Of a stretch of DNA of 64,000 nucleotides, positions 37,746-47,253 are shown in pieces. Origin of the DNA: Syntrophaceae bacterium (lineage in GTDB: Bacteria > Desulfobacterota > Syntrophia > Syntrophales > Smithellaceae); NCBI GenBank assembly GCA_003142535.1, contig PLMQ01000018.1:25573-89572 (forward strand). The letters are read 5' to 3'. The position numbers and the translations under genes are program-made. Each line of letters starts with the position of its first letter. Position 1 is the first letter of the stretch. The notes beneath the pieces were generated by a model, which saw nothing but the letters and a program-made list of their open reading frames with translations, did not search any database and was not told where the DNA came from.

Positions 37746-38729
37746 TTATTGATTGTGATTCCAAGCATTCATAATATCTCGTGCCCTATCTTTGCTGAAA
37801 CCTTGACCAATAGCTTCATCAAGATGCCTATTTATGTCTGCTTCATTTGGTCTGAAATTTGGTGCCATAGACCTACTAAGTAATCCAAATCCGGAAATTG
37901 TATCTAAATCTTCGGAAAGTAAGGTAGGCACTTCTTCTACCGGAAGGATTGGTGTATCTTTTCTTTTACTTTGTGCCATATATTGATTTCTCTCTACTCT
38001 AGATAATGACATAGCTTGGTCAAGCAGTTCTTTCCCGTCAGGCATTATTTTATTCATATATTCAATCATTTTTTTCTCGGTGTCTTCCAATAAAAGTATT
38101 ACATCTTGAATGTTTCCACCTATCGATGCGCCTTGCTCCAACACTGCTTGGACTTTTTGCAGGGCGGTTGAATCCTTTAGAGTGGATAAAGGGATTTTGT
38201 CTTCGGAAATTTCTAATTCAGCGCCTAGGTTTTTTGCAGCTTTAATAAATCTATCTTGATCAAGTTTATCTTTTTCCCTAGCTTCTTCTATATCTTTTTT
38301 TGATATAGGTCGCCTCTCTGGTGGAAATAAGACGTTTTTATATCTTCGCTGAAGATGCCGCTCAAAACAACCAGGATATTCACTCCATATTATCATTTCA
38401 CCATTTTCAAAAAATGCATCCTCGGGATGAATATATGCGCCGTATTTATTTATAATTTCTTTTTTCATGTTATCTATTACCGCAATGTATCTTTGATCTC
38501 CACCATGCTCCGCTTTTGATTCTTCAAGATTTTTTAAAAATATAGGGATAGATAATCTACCACCTTCTTGAGACAATCGTGCTATCTCTTTATCTATTTC
38601 TTTCATTTGTTCTGCAGTTAGATCTTTTATCTTTTCAGGGGAGAATTGAGGAGCGCCTTTTTTACGGCTGTAGATAACATAACCAATAAAGATGAATACC
38701 AAAACAAGTATTATCCAAGACATAAGCAA
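37746..38729 (-). CDS. cassette-encoded hypothetical protein (327 aa, N-terminal TM anchor)
   Basis: MLMSWIILVLVFIFIGYVIY forms a TM helix, followed by a charged helical soluble domain. No motif was recognised. Confidence 0.55.
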   Translation of the reverse strand: MLMSWIILVLVFIFIGYVIYSRKKGAPQFSPEKIKDLTAEQMKEIDKEIARLSQEGGRLSIPIFLKNLEESKAEHGGDQRYIAVIDNMKKEIINKYGAYIHPEDAFFENGEMIIWSEYPGCFERHLQRRYKNVLFPPERRPISKKDIEEAREKDKLDQDRFIKAAKNLGAELEISEDKIPLSTLKDSTALQKVQAVLEQGASIGGNIQDVILLLEDTEKKMIEYMNKIMPDGKELLDQAMSLSRVERNQYMAQSKRKDTPILPVEEVPTLLSEDLDTISGFGLLSRSMAPNFRPNEADINRHLDEAIGQGFSKDRARDIMNAWNHNQ

Positions 38730-38751
38730 TCACCTCTTTATTCATTTATCC

Positions 38752-38815
38752 TATAACGAAGAAATCAGCCGGAGCGTAAGCGATCGGCTGGATTGAAAGG
38801 CGAAAAATGTTCTTG
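38752..38815 (-). repeat. attC-like site 5 (most divergent outer arm)
   Basis: Sequence is ATAACGAAGAAATCAGCCGG-AGCGTAAGCGAT-CGGCTGGATTGAAAGGCGAAAAATGTTCTTG. Confidence 0.5.
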
Positions 38816-38894
38816 CAATCACCTTTTTCCGTCAAGGGGATATTTTTGCTCTTGACAAGATGAGGCCTTATAGGGGTTAGGTTTTGATTTTCCT

Positions 38895-39467
38895 TTACTT
38901 ATTCGGCATCGTTGTCTTTTTAATAGTATTGTCATTTGCAGTGTATGTTTCGATCAGCGATTTGTATAATTTTGTATCAGCAAATTTTAAGCCAAGGCAA
39001 AACATGAAAAAAAGTATCAAAACTAAGGACCAAAAATAATATGCAGGAACATGATCTCGAAGCCATTTGAGAGTAATTTTTTCTGGATAGTCTATTGCCT
39101 TTTTTTCTGGCACTATGATTTCTTTTTTGGGGGTACAAACATCGGGATTTCTCTTCAGCCAAGTAACAACGGAGTCCAAAACGGAAATAATGTTTTGAAC
39201 GCTTGTTATAGACGGCGACTGGTAATAATTAGAAATTCCTTCATTGAATATTTGATTTATAAGACTAGAATATTTATTTGTTCCAATAGTATCATTAAGC
39301 AGATCAATTATTTCTATAACAAACGTGCGAAAGCGGGGATCGTCTTGTGGGTTAATATGGTGATGGTGGATCATGTCAGAACTTGTTGGTGGTGTAAACC
39401 GAGCCATTATAGCGCTAAGTTCATTGCGGTATCGCTCAAGCTCTTGCAGAATATTTTCAGTTGTCAT
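38895..39467 (-). CDS. hypothetical protein (190 aa, C-terminal TM), probable first cassette
   Basis: The ORF is followed by attC-like site 5. It has a C-terminal TM (YYFWSLVLILFFMFCLGLKF) and a HHHH run. GTTAAAC (minus strand, 39469-39475) lies just 5' of the ATG. Confidence 0.5.
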   Translation of the reverse strand: MTTENILQELERYRNELSAIMARFTPPTSSDMIHHHHINPQDDPRFRTFVIEIIDLLNDTIGTNKYSSLINQIFNEGISNYYQSPSITSVQNIISVLDSVVTWLKRNPDVCTPKKEIIVPEKKAIDYPEKITLKWLRDHVPAYYFWSLVLILFFMFCLGLKFADTKLYKSLIETYTANDNTIKKTTMPNK

Positions 39468-39793
39468 AGTTTAACCTAACAATTAATATACCAACTTAGT
39501 ATTTTCCGATATTTCGTGCAAGTATAAGCTTTTGAAAAATAAAATGCAAATGTATATATTCCTTTAAAATCAATGGGGAATAGAATACTGTTGCTTAGCT
39601 TTTTGTGGTAATATGGAGTAACCCCAATAAAGGCAAATTGGGATAATTTATGGATAATTTGGCAAAAACTTATAATAATGTCCTTCCTGGTTCCAAAAAT
39701 TTCTTCTGGAGCCTGAGGGGTCATATCTGTATTTGACCTTGGACAATATGCTCAACTTGCGATATCCGTCTAGCCAGTGCCTTACTATCAAAT

Positions 39794-39828
39794 AAAAAAG
39801 GCGGCGCTGATGAGCGTCGCCTTTTTCT
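39794..39828 (-). terminator. bidirectional rho-independent terminator
   Basis: AAAAAAGGCGGCGCTgatgAGCGTCGCCTTTTT is a GC-rich stem with A/T runs on both sides, 3' of the zinc-ribbon gene. Confidence 0.7.
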
Positions 39829-39847
39829 GTTAGAATAATTGTAGCAA

Positions 39848-40147
39848 TTAATCTTCTTTACTGCTTTTAGCCTTTTCAGCTTTTTTGGTTGTTTCCGCAG
39901 GTTTAGTTTCAACAGTTGTGGACGCGCTTTCGGATTCCTTTTTTTCTACTGTTGTTGACGGTACTTTTTTTCCGCCGTAGTCTGTTGCGTACCATCCTGA
40001 GCCTTTCAGGCTGAAAGACGATAAGGAAAGAAGCTTCTGCACTTTACCTTTACAGAACTTGCAGCTTTTTAATTCCGGATCGGTAATTCCCTGAAACTCT
40101 TCAAATTGCTTGCCGCATTTCCGGCATTTGTATTCGTAAATTGGCAT
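39848..40147 (-). CDS. FmdB-family zinc-ribbon protein with Lys/Thr/Glu-rich tail
   Basis: MPIYEYKCRKCGKQFEEFQ...CKFCKG, starting at the ATG behind GGAGG. Confidence 0.75.
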   Translation of the reverse strand: MPIYEYKCRKCGKQFEEFQGITDPELKSCKFCKGKVQKLLSLSSFSLKGSGWYATDYGGKKVPSTTVEKKESESASTTVETKPAETTKKAEKAKSSKED

Positions 40148-40191
40148 AACTAAAAACCTCCCCAATACCATTGAAACCGAAACGGTATCAA

Positions 40192-40752
40192 TTAAATCGC
40201 GGATATTTCATACCCGCCGCTGAAGCAGTCCAGCACCAGTTCCAAATCATGATAACTGGCTGGCTGCAGCGCCGATTTTGTTAAATTATGGACAATATTT
40301 TCTTCTTCAGCTTTTTCGTCCGCCGAAGCGTTAAAGTCTATGTCTCCATTGCCGAAGCGCAAAACGTGAATTAATTCATGCACGGCAATGTAGAGCATCA
40401 AGGGGCTGAATTTAATGAAAGAATTCGCCCTCTCCACCGCATCCAGAATTATGTTGTCCTGCAGGCAGATTCTGTAAAAATCGAAAACACCCTTATCATT
40501 TTCAGCTAACCCGCCCGGTTTTTCATAACTGTACTTACACAGGTGGGCAAATGCGCTGTCTTTTATTTCATGTTGTTCCAAATATGCAAGTGTTTTTACA
40601 TCATACTTATTTTTTTTGAACTGGTTTTCTCCTATTCTAAAATGGCCAAAAACCAGCTTCTCCGCATCGCTGAATGCCTTACTTGCTACCGGCAACTGAG
40701 CTGCATTAAAATAGCGCACCATAAATCCACCGTAAATATTCGTTTTGTTCAC
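40192..40752 (-). CDS. hypothetical protein with HExxH motif (possible zinc metallopeptidase-like)
   Basis: 186 aa with HELIH at the expected spacing in a helical context. No further family was recognised. Confidence 0.4.
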   Translation of the reverse strand: MNKTNIYGGFMVRYFNAAQLPVASKAFSDAEKLVFGHFRIGENQFKKNKYDVKTLAYLEQHEIKDSAFAHLCKYSYEKPGGLAENDKGVFDFYRICLQDNIILDAVERANSFIKFSPLMLYIAVHELIHVLRFGNGDIDFNASADEKAEEENIVHNLTKSALQPASYHDLELVLDCFSGGYEISAI

Positions 40753-40900
40753 TAGTAATATATGTATTTGAGCTTACGAAGTCAAGATTGGTAAAGTTTT
40801 ATAACAGGGAGGGAAAGGAAAAGTAAATTGATTTGACATCATGGTTTCTGTTAGCGTATATCTAACCAATATTATGCAGTAATATTTTAAGGGAGCCGCG

Positions 40901-42031
40901 ATGCAACGGCAAACAGCAAAAACTAAAATCGGAATTTTATACGGTGGCAGGTCGGGTGAACATAATGTTTCGCTTTGTTCCGCGGCTTCAGTCGTTTCCG
41001 CCCTGGATAGAAACAAATATGATGTGACGGCCATTGGTATTGATCGGGACGGGCGCTGGTACGTTCAGGACAAATCGCAGATAATTCCCGATAAGGATTT
41101 CGGCAAGATTCTGGCGATGAAAAAACGAGGCAAGTGGCTGGTTAATCATTTTGAACAGAAAAACAAACTGCACCTCTATAATATTGAAAACAGGGGTGAA
41201 GAGGTTGTAATCGATATTGTTTTCCCTGTTTTGCATGGAACCTTCGGCGAGGACGGCACGTTGCAGGGATTATTGGAGCTGGCGATGGTGCCATATGTCG
41301 GCGCGGATGTAACCGGCTCTGCTATAGGTATGGATAAAGATGTCGCCAAACGACTATTACACGAGGCCGGAATTCCGGTTGTGCCGTCCGTAACTTTAAA
41401 TAAGCAGCAATGGCAGAATAATTCCGGACATATCATGCAAGCGGCGCTCGATAAACTCGGGTTGCCGGTCTTTGTCAAACCTGTCTGTACCGGGTCTTCC
41501 GTTGGTGTAAAAAAAGTAAAAGAAAAAGGTGAATTGTCTGCGGCTGTTGACTTTGCCTTTCAGTTCGATACCAGGATAATGATCGAAAAAGGCATTGAAT
41601 GCCGCGAGATTGAATGCGCGGTATTAGGCAACGAAAACCCCGTGGCATCGATATTGGGCGAAGTAATTCCCAGCCATGAGTTCTATTCCTATGAAGCCAA
41701 ATACATCGATCCCCAAGGCGCTGCCCTGAAAATACCGGCGGAAATTGAACCGTCTCTTGCCGATTCTATCAGGAAGGCCGCAGTTCGCGGCTATGTTGCT
41801 TTGGGCTGCAGTTCGATGGCGAGAGTTGATTTCTTCCTGGATAAAAAGACCAACGAATTTTATCTTAACGAAATTAATACGCTCCCCGGCTTCACCAGCA
41901 TCAGCATGTATCCCAAACTTTGGGAAGCCAGCGGGATCAAATACAGCGATCTTCTGGATAAGCTGATTCAACTGGCCGTAGATCGGCACAAGAAAAAACT
42001 GGAAATTAAGACGGACTGTACTGAAGTATAA
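40901..42031 (+). CDS. ddl: D-alanine--D-alanine ligase
   Basis: Contains KIGILYGGRSGEHNVSLCSA, FPVLHGTFGEDGTLQGLLE and EINTLPGFT. Confidence 0.9.
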   Translation: MQRQTAKTKIGILYGGRSGEHNVSLCSAASVVSALDRNKYDVTAIGIDRDGRWYVQDKSQIIPDKDFGKILAMKKRGKWLVNHFEQKNKLHLYNIENRGEEVVIDIVFPVLHGTFGEDGTLQGLLELAMVPYVGADVTGSAIGMDKDVAKRLLHEAGIPVVPSVTLNKQQWQNNSGHIMQAALDKLGLPVFVKPVCTGSSVGVKKVKEKGELSAAVDFAFQFDTRIMIEKGIECREIECAVLGNENPVASILGEVIPSHEFYSYEAKYIDPQGAALKIPAEIEPSLADSIRKAAVRGYVALGCSSMARVDFFLDKKTNEFYLNEINTLPGFTSISMYPKLWEASGIKYSDLLDKLIQLAVDRHKKKLEIKTDCTEV

Positions 42032-42217
42032 GTATTTAAGTGTTTTGTCTGTGATTTTCTACAAAAACTTTCAAAGTAGGCGGAGCACGTTGAGTACAAA
42101 GTGCCCGGAATTCCAGAGTTCATCGAGCATTTGTTCCACAGCCTTACCGGTTATCCGCACAACGCATAATTCCCGGTCGCCCTGCTGTACCGACAGGAGA
42201 CTGACTACGTGGATATA

Positions 42218-42703
42218 TCATCTTAGGGCAATCGGGGCTATCAGCCCGAAGGTGTCTTCTTCCTTGGCAATGGCAAAGGTAATGCGCGCACCGCCCCGGG
42301 GGAAATCGAATATGCTCACAAATACCCGGAAAATGTCCGACTCCGTAATCAACCCGACTTGTTTCATCTTTTGGGTCACCATTAACGTACTGATCCTGCC
42401 GTTCCGCATCAATCTGGCGGCTTCTTCTATTGGTGTTTCCTGCGAGACAGTTTGCAGGGAGCGGCTCATGATCTCCGCAGCCGTAACATGGAACGTCTTA
42501 TTATCGGAGGCTTTGAGCGCAAACGGATTGACTTTCGGAGGATAGGCGTGGAGAATATCAGTGGCGGTAATTATTCCCACGGGATGCGGGTCGCCGGCAT
42601 GATGCTCGACTACGGGCAGGCGGCGGATGTGTCTTTTGGCCATAAGTGCCACTGTCTTGGTAACGGATGTATGAGATTCAATCGTCACCAAATCCAGCGT
42701 CAT
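42218..42703 (-). CDS. CBS-domain pair protein
   Basis: Two CBS-like repeats (IRRLPVVE..., ISTLMVTQ...) and a C-terminal ACT-like tail. Confidence 0.65.
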   Translation of the reverse strand: MTLDLVTIESHTSVTKTVALMAKRHIRRLPVVEHHAGDPHPVGIITATDILHAYPPKVNPFALKASDNKTFHVTAAEIMSRSLQTVSQETPIEEAARLMRNGRISTLMVTQKMKQVGLITESDIFRVFVSIFDFPRGGARITFAIAKEEDTFGLIAPIALR

Positions 42704-42917
42704 CCATTATATAATAAAGCTGTATGGTGATCTCATTTTTCCGTTGGATAGAGAAATTGTGTGTCAAATAAATGCCGGTATGACATACAATCTCTGTTGT
42801 AAGCATTCATAAATTATGCTTATAATAAATTAGCTCTTGATTTAAAAATAATGCTTAGGCATGATTAAGCCGGTTTTAGTGATTACTAATATTTTTCAAT
42901 AAAGGAGGGGAGATAGA

Positions 42918-44012
42918 ATGAAAAAATTCTATACAATTATAATTGTCAGCTTCATGATGATAATGTTTATTGCCCGTTCGGCTTTTGCCGAGCCTATCAA
43001 ATGGCAAATGATTACTTGCTGGATCCCATCAATGGCTGTTTCCGAAAGCGATAAGCGCTTCGCGAAAAGCGTCTATGAGCTCAGCGGCGGGAGGCTGCAA
43101 ATTACGGTTAATTCCGCAGGAACAATTGTTCCTGCTCTATCGGTTTTTGATGCTGTTTCCCGCGGTGTTGCCGAAATAGGTTCCGATAGTCCGGCATATT
43201 GGTCAGGCAAGAATTCCGCGTTTGATCTTTTAGGGTCATTTCCCACAGCGCTTAGTCAATATGATGTATTTAACTGGTACTTCCATTCCGGCGGCCATGA
43301 TTTGTATAATTATATGTATGGCAAATATAATATGCTTTACTTTATCACATCTGTAGCTCCCATGGGTTCGGGTATACGTTCGCGTCAGCCGATAAGAACA
43401 TTAGCCGATTTCCGGGGTAAAAAATTAAGAATGTCCGGCAAGGCTCAAGGCTATATCCTGCAGAAACTTGGTGCAGCTCAGCTAATGATGGCCGGCGGTG
43501 ATATTTATCAGGCACTGCAAATGGGTACTATTGACGGTGCTGAATTTTCGTGTCCTTCCATTGACTGGAGTTTGGGTTTAGGTGATGTGACTAAATATAA
43601 TATCGGTCCCGGCTGGAATCAACCGGCAACAGTTTTTGGTATTATGATCAACAGGGATGCCTGGTATAAATTACCGTCGGATCTGAAGAGAATTGTGGAA
43701 TTTGCAGCGAATGATAATATGATTTATATGAGTTCTTATTATGAAGCAAAAAATGGTGCAGCCCTTAGTCTTTTCCGCGATAAAGGAACGGAAACATACA
43801 GATTAAGCCCCAGAGACATGAAGCAACTGGAAGACTGGTCATGGGAATATATTGTCGTAGAAGCTCAAAGAAATGAGGATTATGATAAAGTAGCTACCTC
43901 TATCGTTCAGTATTTGAAAGATTTTCGTGTGACTCGTACTTCGGAAGAACCTTTTGCTCATGGACGCAACCCGGCAGTTGTTCCCCGGTTACCTCATTTA
44001 GTAGGAAGATAA
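42918..44012 (+). CDS. TRAP transporter substrate-binding protein (DctP family)
   Basis: Has a signal peptide, begins behind AGGAGGGGAG, and is followed by the Q and M subunits. Confidence 0.75.
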   Translation: MKKFYTIIIVSFMMIMFIARSAFAEPIKWQMITCWIPSMAVSESDKRFAKSVYELSGGRLQITVNSAGTIVPALSVFDAVSRGVAEIGSDSPAYWSGKNSAFDLLGSFPTALSQYDVFNWYFHSGGHDLYNYMYGKYNMLYFITSVAPMGSGIRSRQPIRTLADFRGKKLRMSGKAQGYILQKLGAAQLMMAGGDIYQALQMGTIDGAEFSCPSIDWSLGLGDVTKYNIGPGWNQPATVFGIMINRDAWYKLPSDLKRIVEFAANDNMIYMSSYYEAKNGAALSLFRDKGTETYRLSPRDMKQLEDWSWEYIVVEAQRNEDYDKVATSIVQYLKDFRVTRTSEEPFAHGRNPAVVPRLPHLVGR

Positions 44013-44090
44013 GAGATATTTTTAAGCCTATAGAGAATGAAGTCTGTGGTAAATATATTAATAATAATATAACGAAAGAGGACTATTATT

Positions 44091-44624
44091 ATGGAAACCG
44101 ATTTTTGGATTTCAACGACAAATTTTCTGGACAATATCAATGAATGGGCAGGCAGAATTTTTTCCTGGTTAATCGTTATACTTACACTGGTGATGGTTAT
44201 TGAAGTATTTATGAGATATATGGGAATGCCGACCGCCTGGGGTTTTGAATCTATTAAATTCCTTTTTGGTGCCCATTTTATGCTCGTTGCCGGTTATGGT
44301 TTGCTTTACGGTTCGCACGTTCGCATCGATCTTTTAACCAGCCGCATGTCGAAAACGACGGAATGCATTATCTCTATCGTCTGCTATCTTTTCCTTTTCT
44401 TCCCTTTTATTATTGTCTGGTTATATTTTGGCTGGGGATATTTTCAAACATCTTGGTCTATTAGCGAAAAATCATGGAGCACCTGGGGGCCTCCCTTATA
44501 CCCTATTAAGTTCGTTATTCCGTTGACTGCGCTATTCTTATTAATTCAGGGACTGTCGGAAGTTATTAAAAATATCGCAATGATTCGAATATTAGCATTA
44601 TCAGACGAGGGGGTGACCAAATGA
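44091..44624 (+). CDS. TRAP transporter small permease (DctQ family)
   Basis: 177 aa with 4 TM helices. Overlaps dctM by 4 nt. Confidence 0.75.
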   Translation: METDFWISTTNFLDNINEWAGRIFSWLIVILTLVMVIEVFMRYMGMPTAWGFESIKFLFGAHFMLVAGYGLLYGSHVRIDLLTSRMSKTTECIISIVCYLFLFFPFIIVWLYFGWGYFQTSWSISEKSWSTWGPPLYPIKFVIPLTALFLLIQGLSEVIKNIAMIRILALSDEGVTK

Positions 44625-45946
44625 GCGTCGTTATCATAGGCATTTTGATGTTTGTGGTTCTTATTGTTTGCTTTTTCCTCGGGCATCCGCTGGCATTTGT
44701 TTTAGGAGGAGTCGGGACGATTTTCGCTTATTTCTTCAGTGGCCCCGCGTTTTTTAATATTTTTATTGAGCGTATTTACGCCGGAACAATGGACAATATG
44801 ACGCTGGTTGCCATTTCTTTGTTTATTTTTATGGGCAACTTGCTAACCATCTCCGGTGTTGCTGATAAGCTATTCGAATCTATGCACTATCTTTTAGGTA
44901 CCATGAGAGGCGGATTAGGCCTGGCAGTTTTATTGGTATGCATTTTATTTGCCGCCTGTACGGGAATTGTCGGCGCATCGGTAGTTACCATGGGACTTCT
45001 CACCGGGCCAATGCTTTTGCGTTACGGCTATCAGAAAGAATTGACCATGGGAATGATTGCCGCCGGTGGTACACTGGGTCTTCTAATCCCTCCCAGTATT
45101 ATGCTCGTTATCATGGGTGACCAGGCAGGAATTCCTGTATACAAGCTTTTTGCTGCTACCGTTATCCCCGGACTATCCCTGACTATTGCTTACATGTTAT
45201 ACGTTGGCATCAGGTGCGGCATCAATCCTGAACTCGGGCCGCCTATTCCCATGGAAGAGTTGCATAAAACATCCTTCGGTACCAGACTATCCGATTTCAT
45301 TATTTACGCTGTGCCGCCTTTGGCTCTCATTATTTGCGTGTTGGGAGTAATTTTTTATGGTTATGCAACGCCGGTGGAAGCGGCCGGTATCGGAGCCTTC
45401 ATTGCTCTTATTTTAGTAATAATATACCGGCATTTCACCTGGGAAGGATTCCTTGCCTGCCTTTATCAAACAGCAAAAGCAACGACAATGGTATTAATAA
45501 TCATTGTCGGGGCCTCGTGTTTTACAGGAGTTTTCATGGGAATTGGCAGCGGACCGGCTATGGTGGAATCATTGACTGCTCTGGGCTTAAGCAAATGGGG
45601 GCTGTATTTTATAATGATGATTTTGCTCATTATCATGGGATGTTTCATTGACTGGGTCGGTGTTGTTCTTATTACTTTTCCCATTTTCCTGCCGATTGCC
45701 AAACTTATGGGTTTTGACATGGTCTGGTTTGTGACGATGATTGCAATCTATTTACAAATTTCTTTTCTAGCGCCGCCTTTTGGCTATGCGCTGTTTTATC
45801 TGGCGGGCATGAATTTTGAGGGTGTTCACTGGGGACATATTTATCGCGGTGTCTTGCCTTTTCTCATTATACAGCTTATCGGACTTGTTATCTTTACCTA
45901 TTTCCCGGAAATAACTCTTTGGTTACCATCAATGATGGTTGGATAG
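44621..45946 (+). CDS. TRAP transporter large permease (DctM family)
   Basis: 441 aa, polytopic, with a typical DctM N-terminus. Confidence 0.85.
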   Translation: MSVVIIGILMFVVLIVCFFLGHPLAFVLGGVGTIFAYFFSGPAFFNIFIERIYAGTMDNMTLVAISLFIFMGNLLTISGVADKLFESMHYLLGTMRGGLGLAVLLVCILFAACTGIVGASVVTMGLLTGPMLLRYGYQKELTMGMIAAGGTLGLLIPPSIMLVIMGDQAGIPVYKLFAATVIPGLSLTIAYMLYVGIRCGINPELGPPIPMEELHKTSFGTRLSDFIIYAVPPLALIICVLGVIFYGYATPVEAAGIGAFIALILVIIYRHFTWEGFLACLYQTAKATTMVLIIIVGASCFTGVFMGIGSGPAMVESLTALGLSKWGLYFIMMILLIIMGCFIDWVGVVLITFPIFLPIAKLMGFDMVWFVTMIAIYLQISFLAPPFGYALFYLAGMNFEGVHWGHIYRGVLPFLIIQLIGLVIFTYFPEITLWLPSMMVG

Positions 45947-46060
45947 TGAATAAACTTTAATTAGCGGTCAGTCGCCGGCAGACGGCTGCCCGCTTTTCAT
46001 CTTTGGTCTTAGACGGCGCATTTTTCAATTGATAATCGTTCGTAAATCAAAAAATATATT

Positions 46061-46207
46061 ATACCATTTCGCCTTTCTTTGGCTAACTTTGTTGGCTGCG
46101 TCGTCGGCTTCCTCAGCGTATGTACTAACGCGTGACCTTTAGGTTATACGCCTCCGGCGCCTCCTCCTAGCCGCCTCGTTATCCTTTGAAAGCAAAACGG
46201 AATTACC
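46061..46207. repeat. family-2 hairpin element, copy E (level-2 form: backbone + 75-nt insert + mini-insert)
   Basis: The backbone is identical to copy H (CTTTGGCTAACTTTGTTGGCTGCGTCG ... TTATCCTTTGAAAGC). It is interrupted at 46104-46178, and the insert carries GTGACCTTTAGGTTA at 46132-46146. Confidence 0.8.
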
Positions 46208-46395
46208 CGTTTATAATTTTTCTCCGGCATTGTTTTTTAATCATGGCATGAACCCCCTCCAGCTAACTCTGGATACAGTCTTGCGGCAAATTGCAAGGAA
46301 TATTCCATAAAGGAAATAATTCTTGCTGATGCCTGGAAAAGCGGATATAGACCAATTATCATCTACGACAATTAAACTAAGGAGCAATAAAACTA

Positions 46396-47250
46396 ATGGC
46401 CGCAACTCTGCGCAAATCTTTACAATCAATAGAAGATCACAAAATAGCTAATCCTCATTATAATGATCTTTTGGATATATTGGCTGATATTTTGATTTTA
46501 CGCGAAGAATACCGCAATAATATGAAAGATTCTATTTTTTCCGTCGATGAAAAATATATTAATCAAAAAATGGAAGGGGGACTTCCTTTAATTGATTTTG
46601 CCGGCGGCAATTATGATCTGACTCATCCGAAAGAATATTTTAATTCTCTTGTTGCCATTGCCGAAAAAAGAATGCCGGAAGATGCGAAAAATATTATCGA
46701 GATCATCAAAGATCAAAAATTTGACTGGGAAAAAATGATTTGCTCGTCATTTGACTGTACGGAAGAAGAAAAATTGCCGGGAAAAATAAAAACTAGCAGC
46801 GAGTCTGATGAAAATCTGGATCTTATAGATTTGTTTGTGGAAGAAAGTTTGCGACCGGAATTGGAATTCATTACCGAAAAATACGGTAAAGTTGTTGCCA
46901 GATTGGGCTGGTCTGAAGGTTACTGCCCCATTTGCGGTAAGGAACCGAAAATTGGTGAAATCAGGGAAGGGGAAGACGGGAAACGCTACCTTTTTTGTCA
47001 TCAATGCGGTTATAAGTGGTCTTTCCGCCGGATCAAATGCCCTTTCTGTGGTAACGAAGAGCAGCACTCGCTGGCATATTTCGCCGTGGAAGGTGAGGAG
47101 CGCCACCGGGTTGATGTCTGCAATAAGTGTCGCCGCTATATAAAAATGGTCGATGTACCCAAAACCAGCGGCGATGATATCAACCTCGACGTCGAAGACA
47201 TTGCTACCTTGCACCTCGACATGCTGGCCTATGAAGAAGGTTACAACTGA
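46396..47250 (+). CDS. fdhE: formate dehydrogenase accessory protein FdhE-like
   Basis: Four CxxC pairs (CPICG, CHQCG, CPFCG, CNKCRRY) with FdhE-like spacing. Confidence 0.7.
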   Translation: MAATLRKSLQSIEDHKIANPHYNDLLDILADILILREEYRNNMKDSIFSVDEKYINQKMEGGLPLIDFAGGNYDLTHPKEYFNSLVAIAEKRMPEDAKNIIEIIKDQKFDWEKMICSSFDCTEEEKLPGKIKTSSESDENLDLIDLFVEESLRPELEFITEKYGKVVARLGWSEGYCPICGKEPKIGEIREGEDGKRYLFCHQCGYKWSFRRIKCPFCGNEEQHSLAYFAVEGEERHRVDVCNKCRRYIKMVDVPKTSGDDINLDVEDIATLHLDMLAYEEGYN

Positions 47251-47253
47251 CGG

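Larger units (their letters stand above)
35849..38815 (-). mobile_element. integron-type gene-cassette array without an integrase in the window (CALIN-like)
   Basis: Five homologous attC-like imperfect palindromes each lie directly 3' of a minus-strand ORF or ORF pair, 0.5-1.1 kb apart. The content is toxin-antitoxin pairs and orphan ORFs. Confidence 0.6.

Noticed and set aside
39476-39912. Small minus-strand ORFs (82 aa and 63 aa) and a possible intI/attI region right of the array
   Set aside because: There are no tyrosine-recombinase motifs (no R..HxxR..Y pattern), no RBS, and the sequence is AT-rich and non-coding in appearance. The region is best left as intergenic, and the integrase is absent from the window.
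45963-45997. Possible rho-independent terminator after dctM (GCGGTCAGTCGCCG-GCAGA-CGGCTGCCCGC-TTTTCATCTTT)
   Set aside because: The stem needs several bulges and mismatches. It is plausible but not clean enough to list as a feature.
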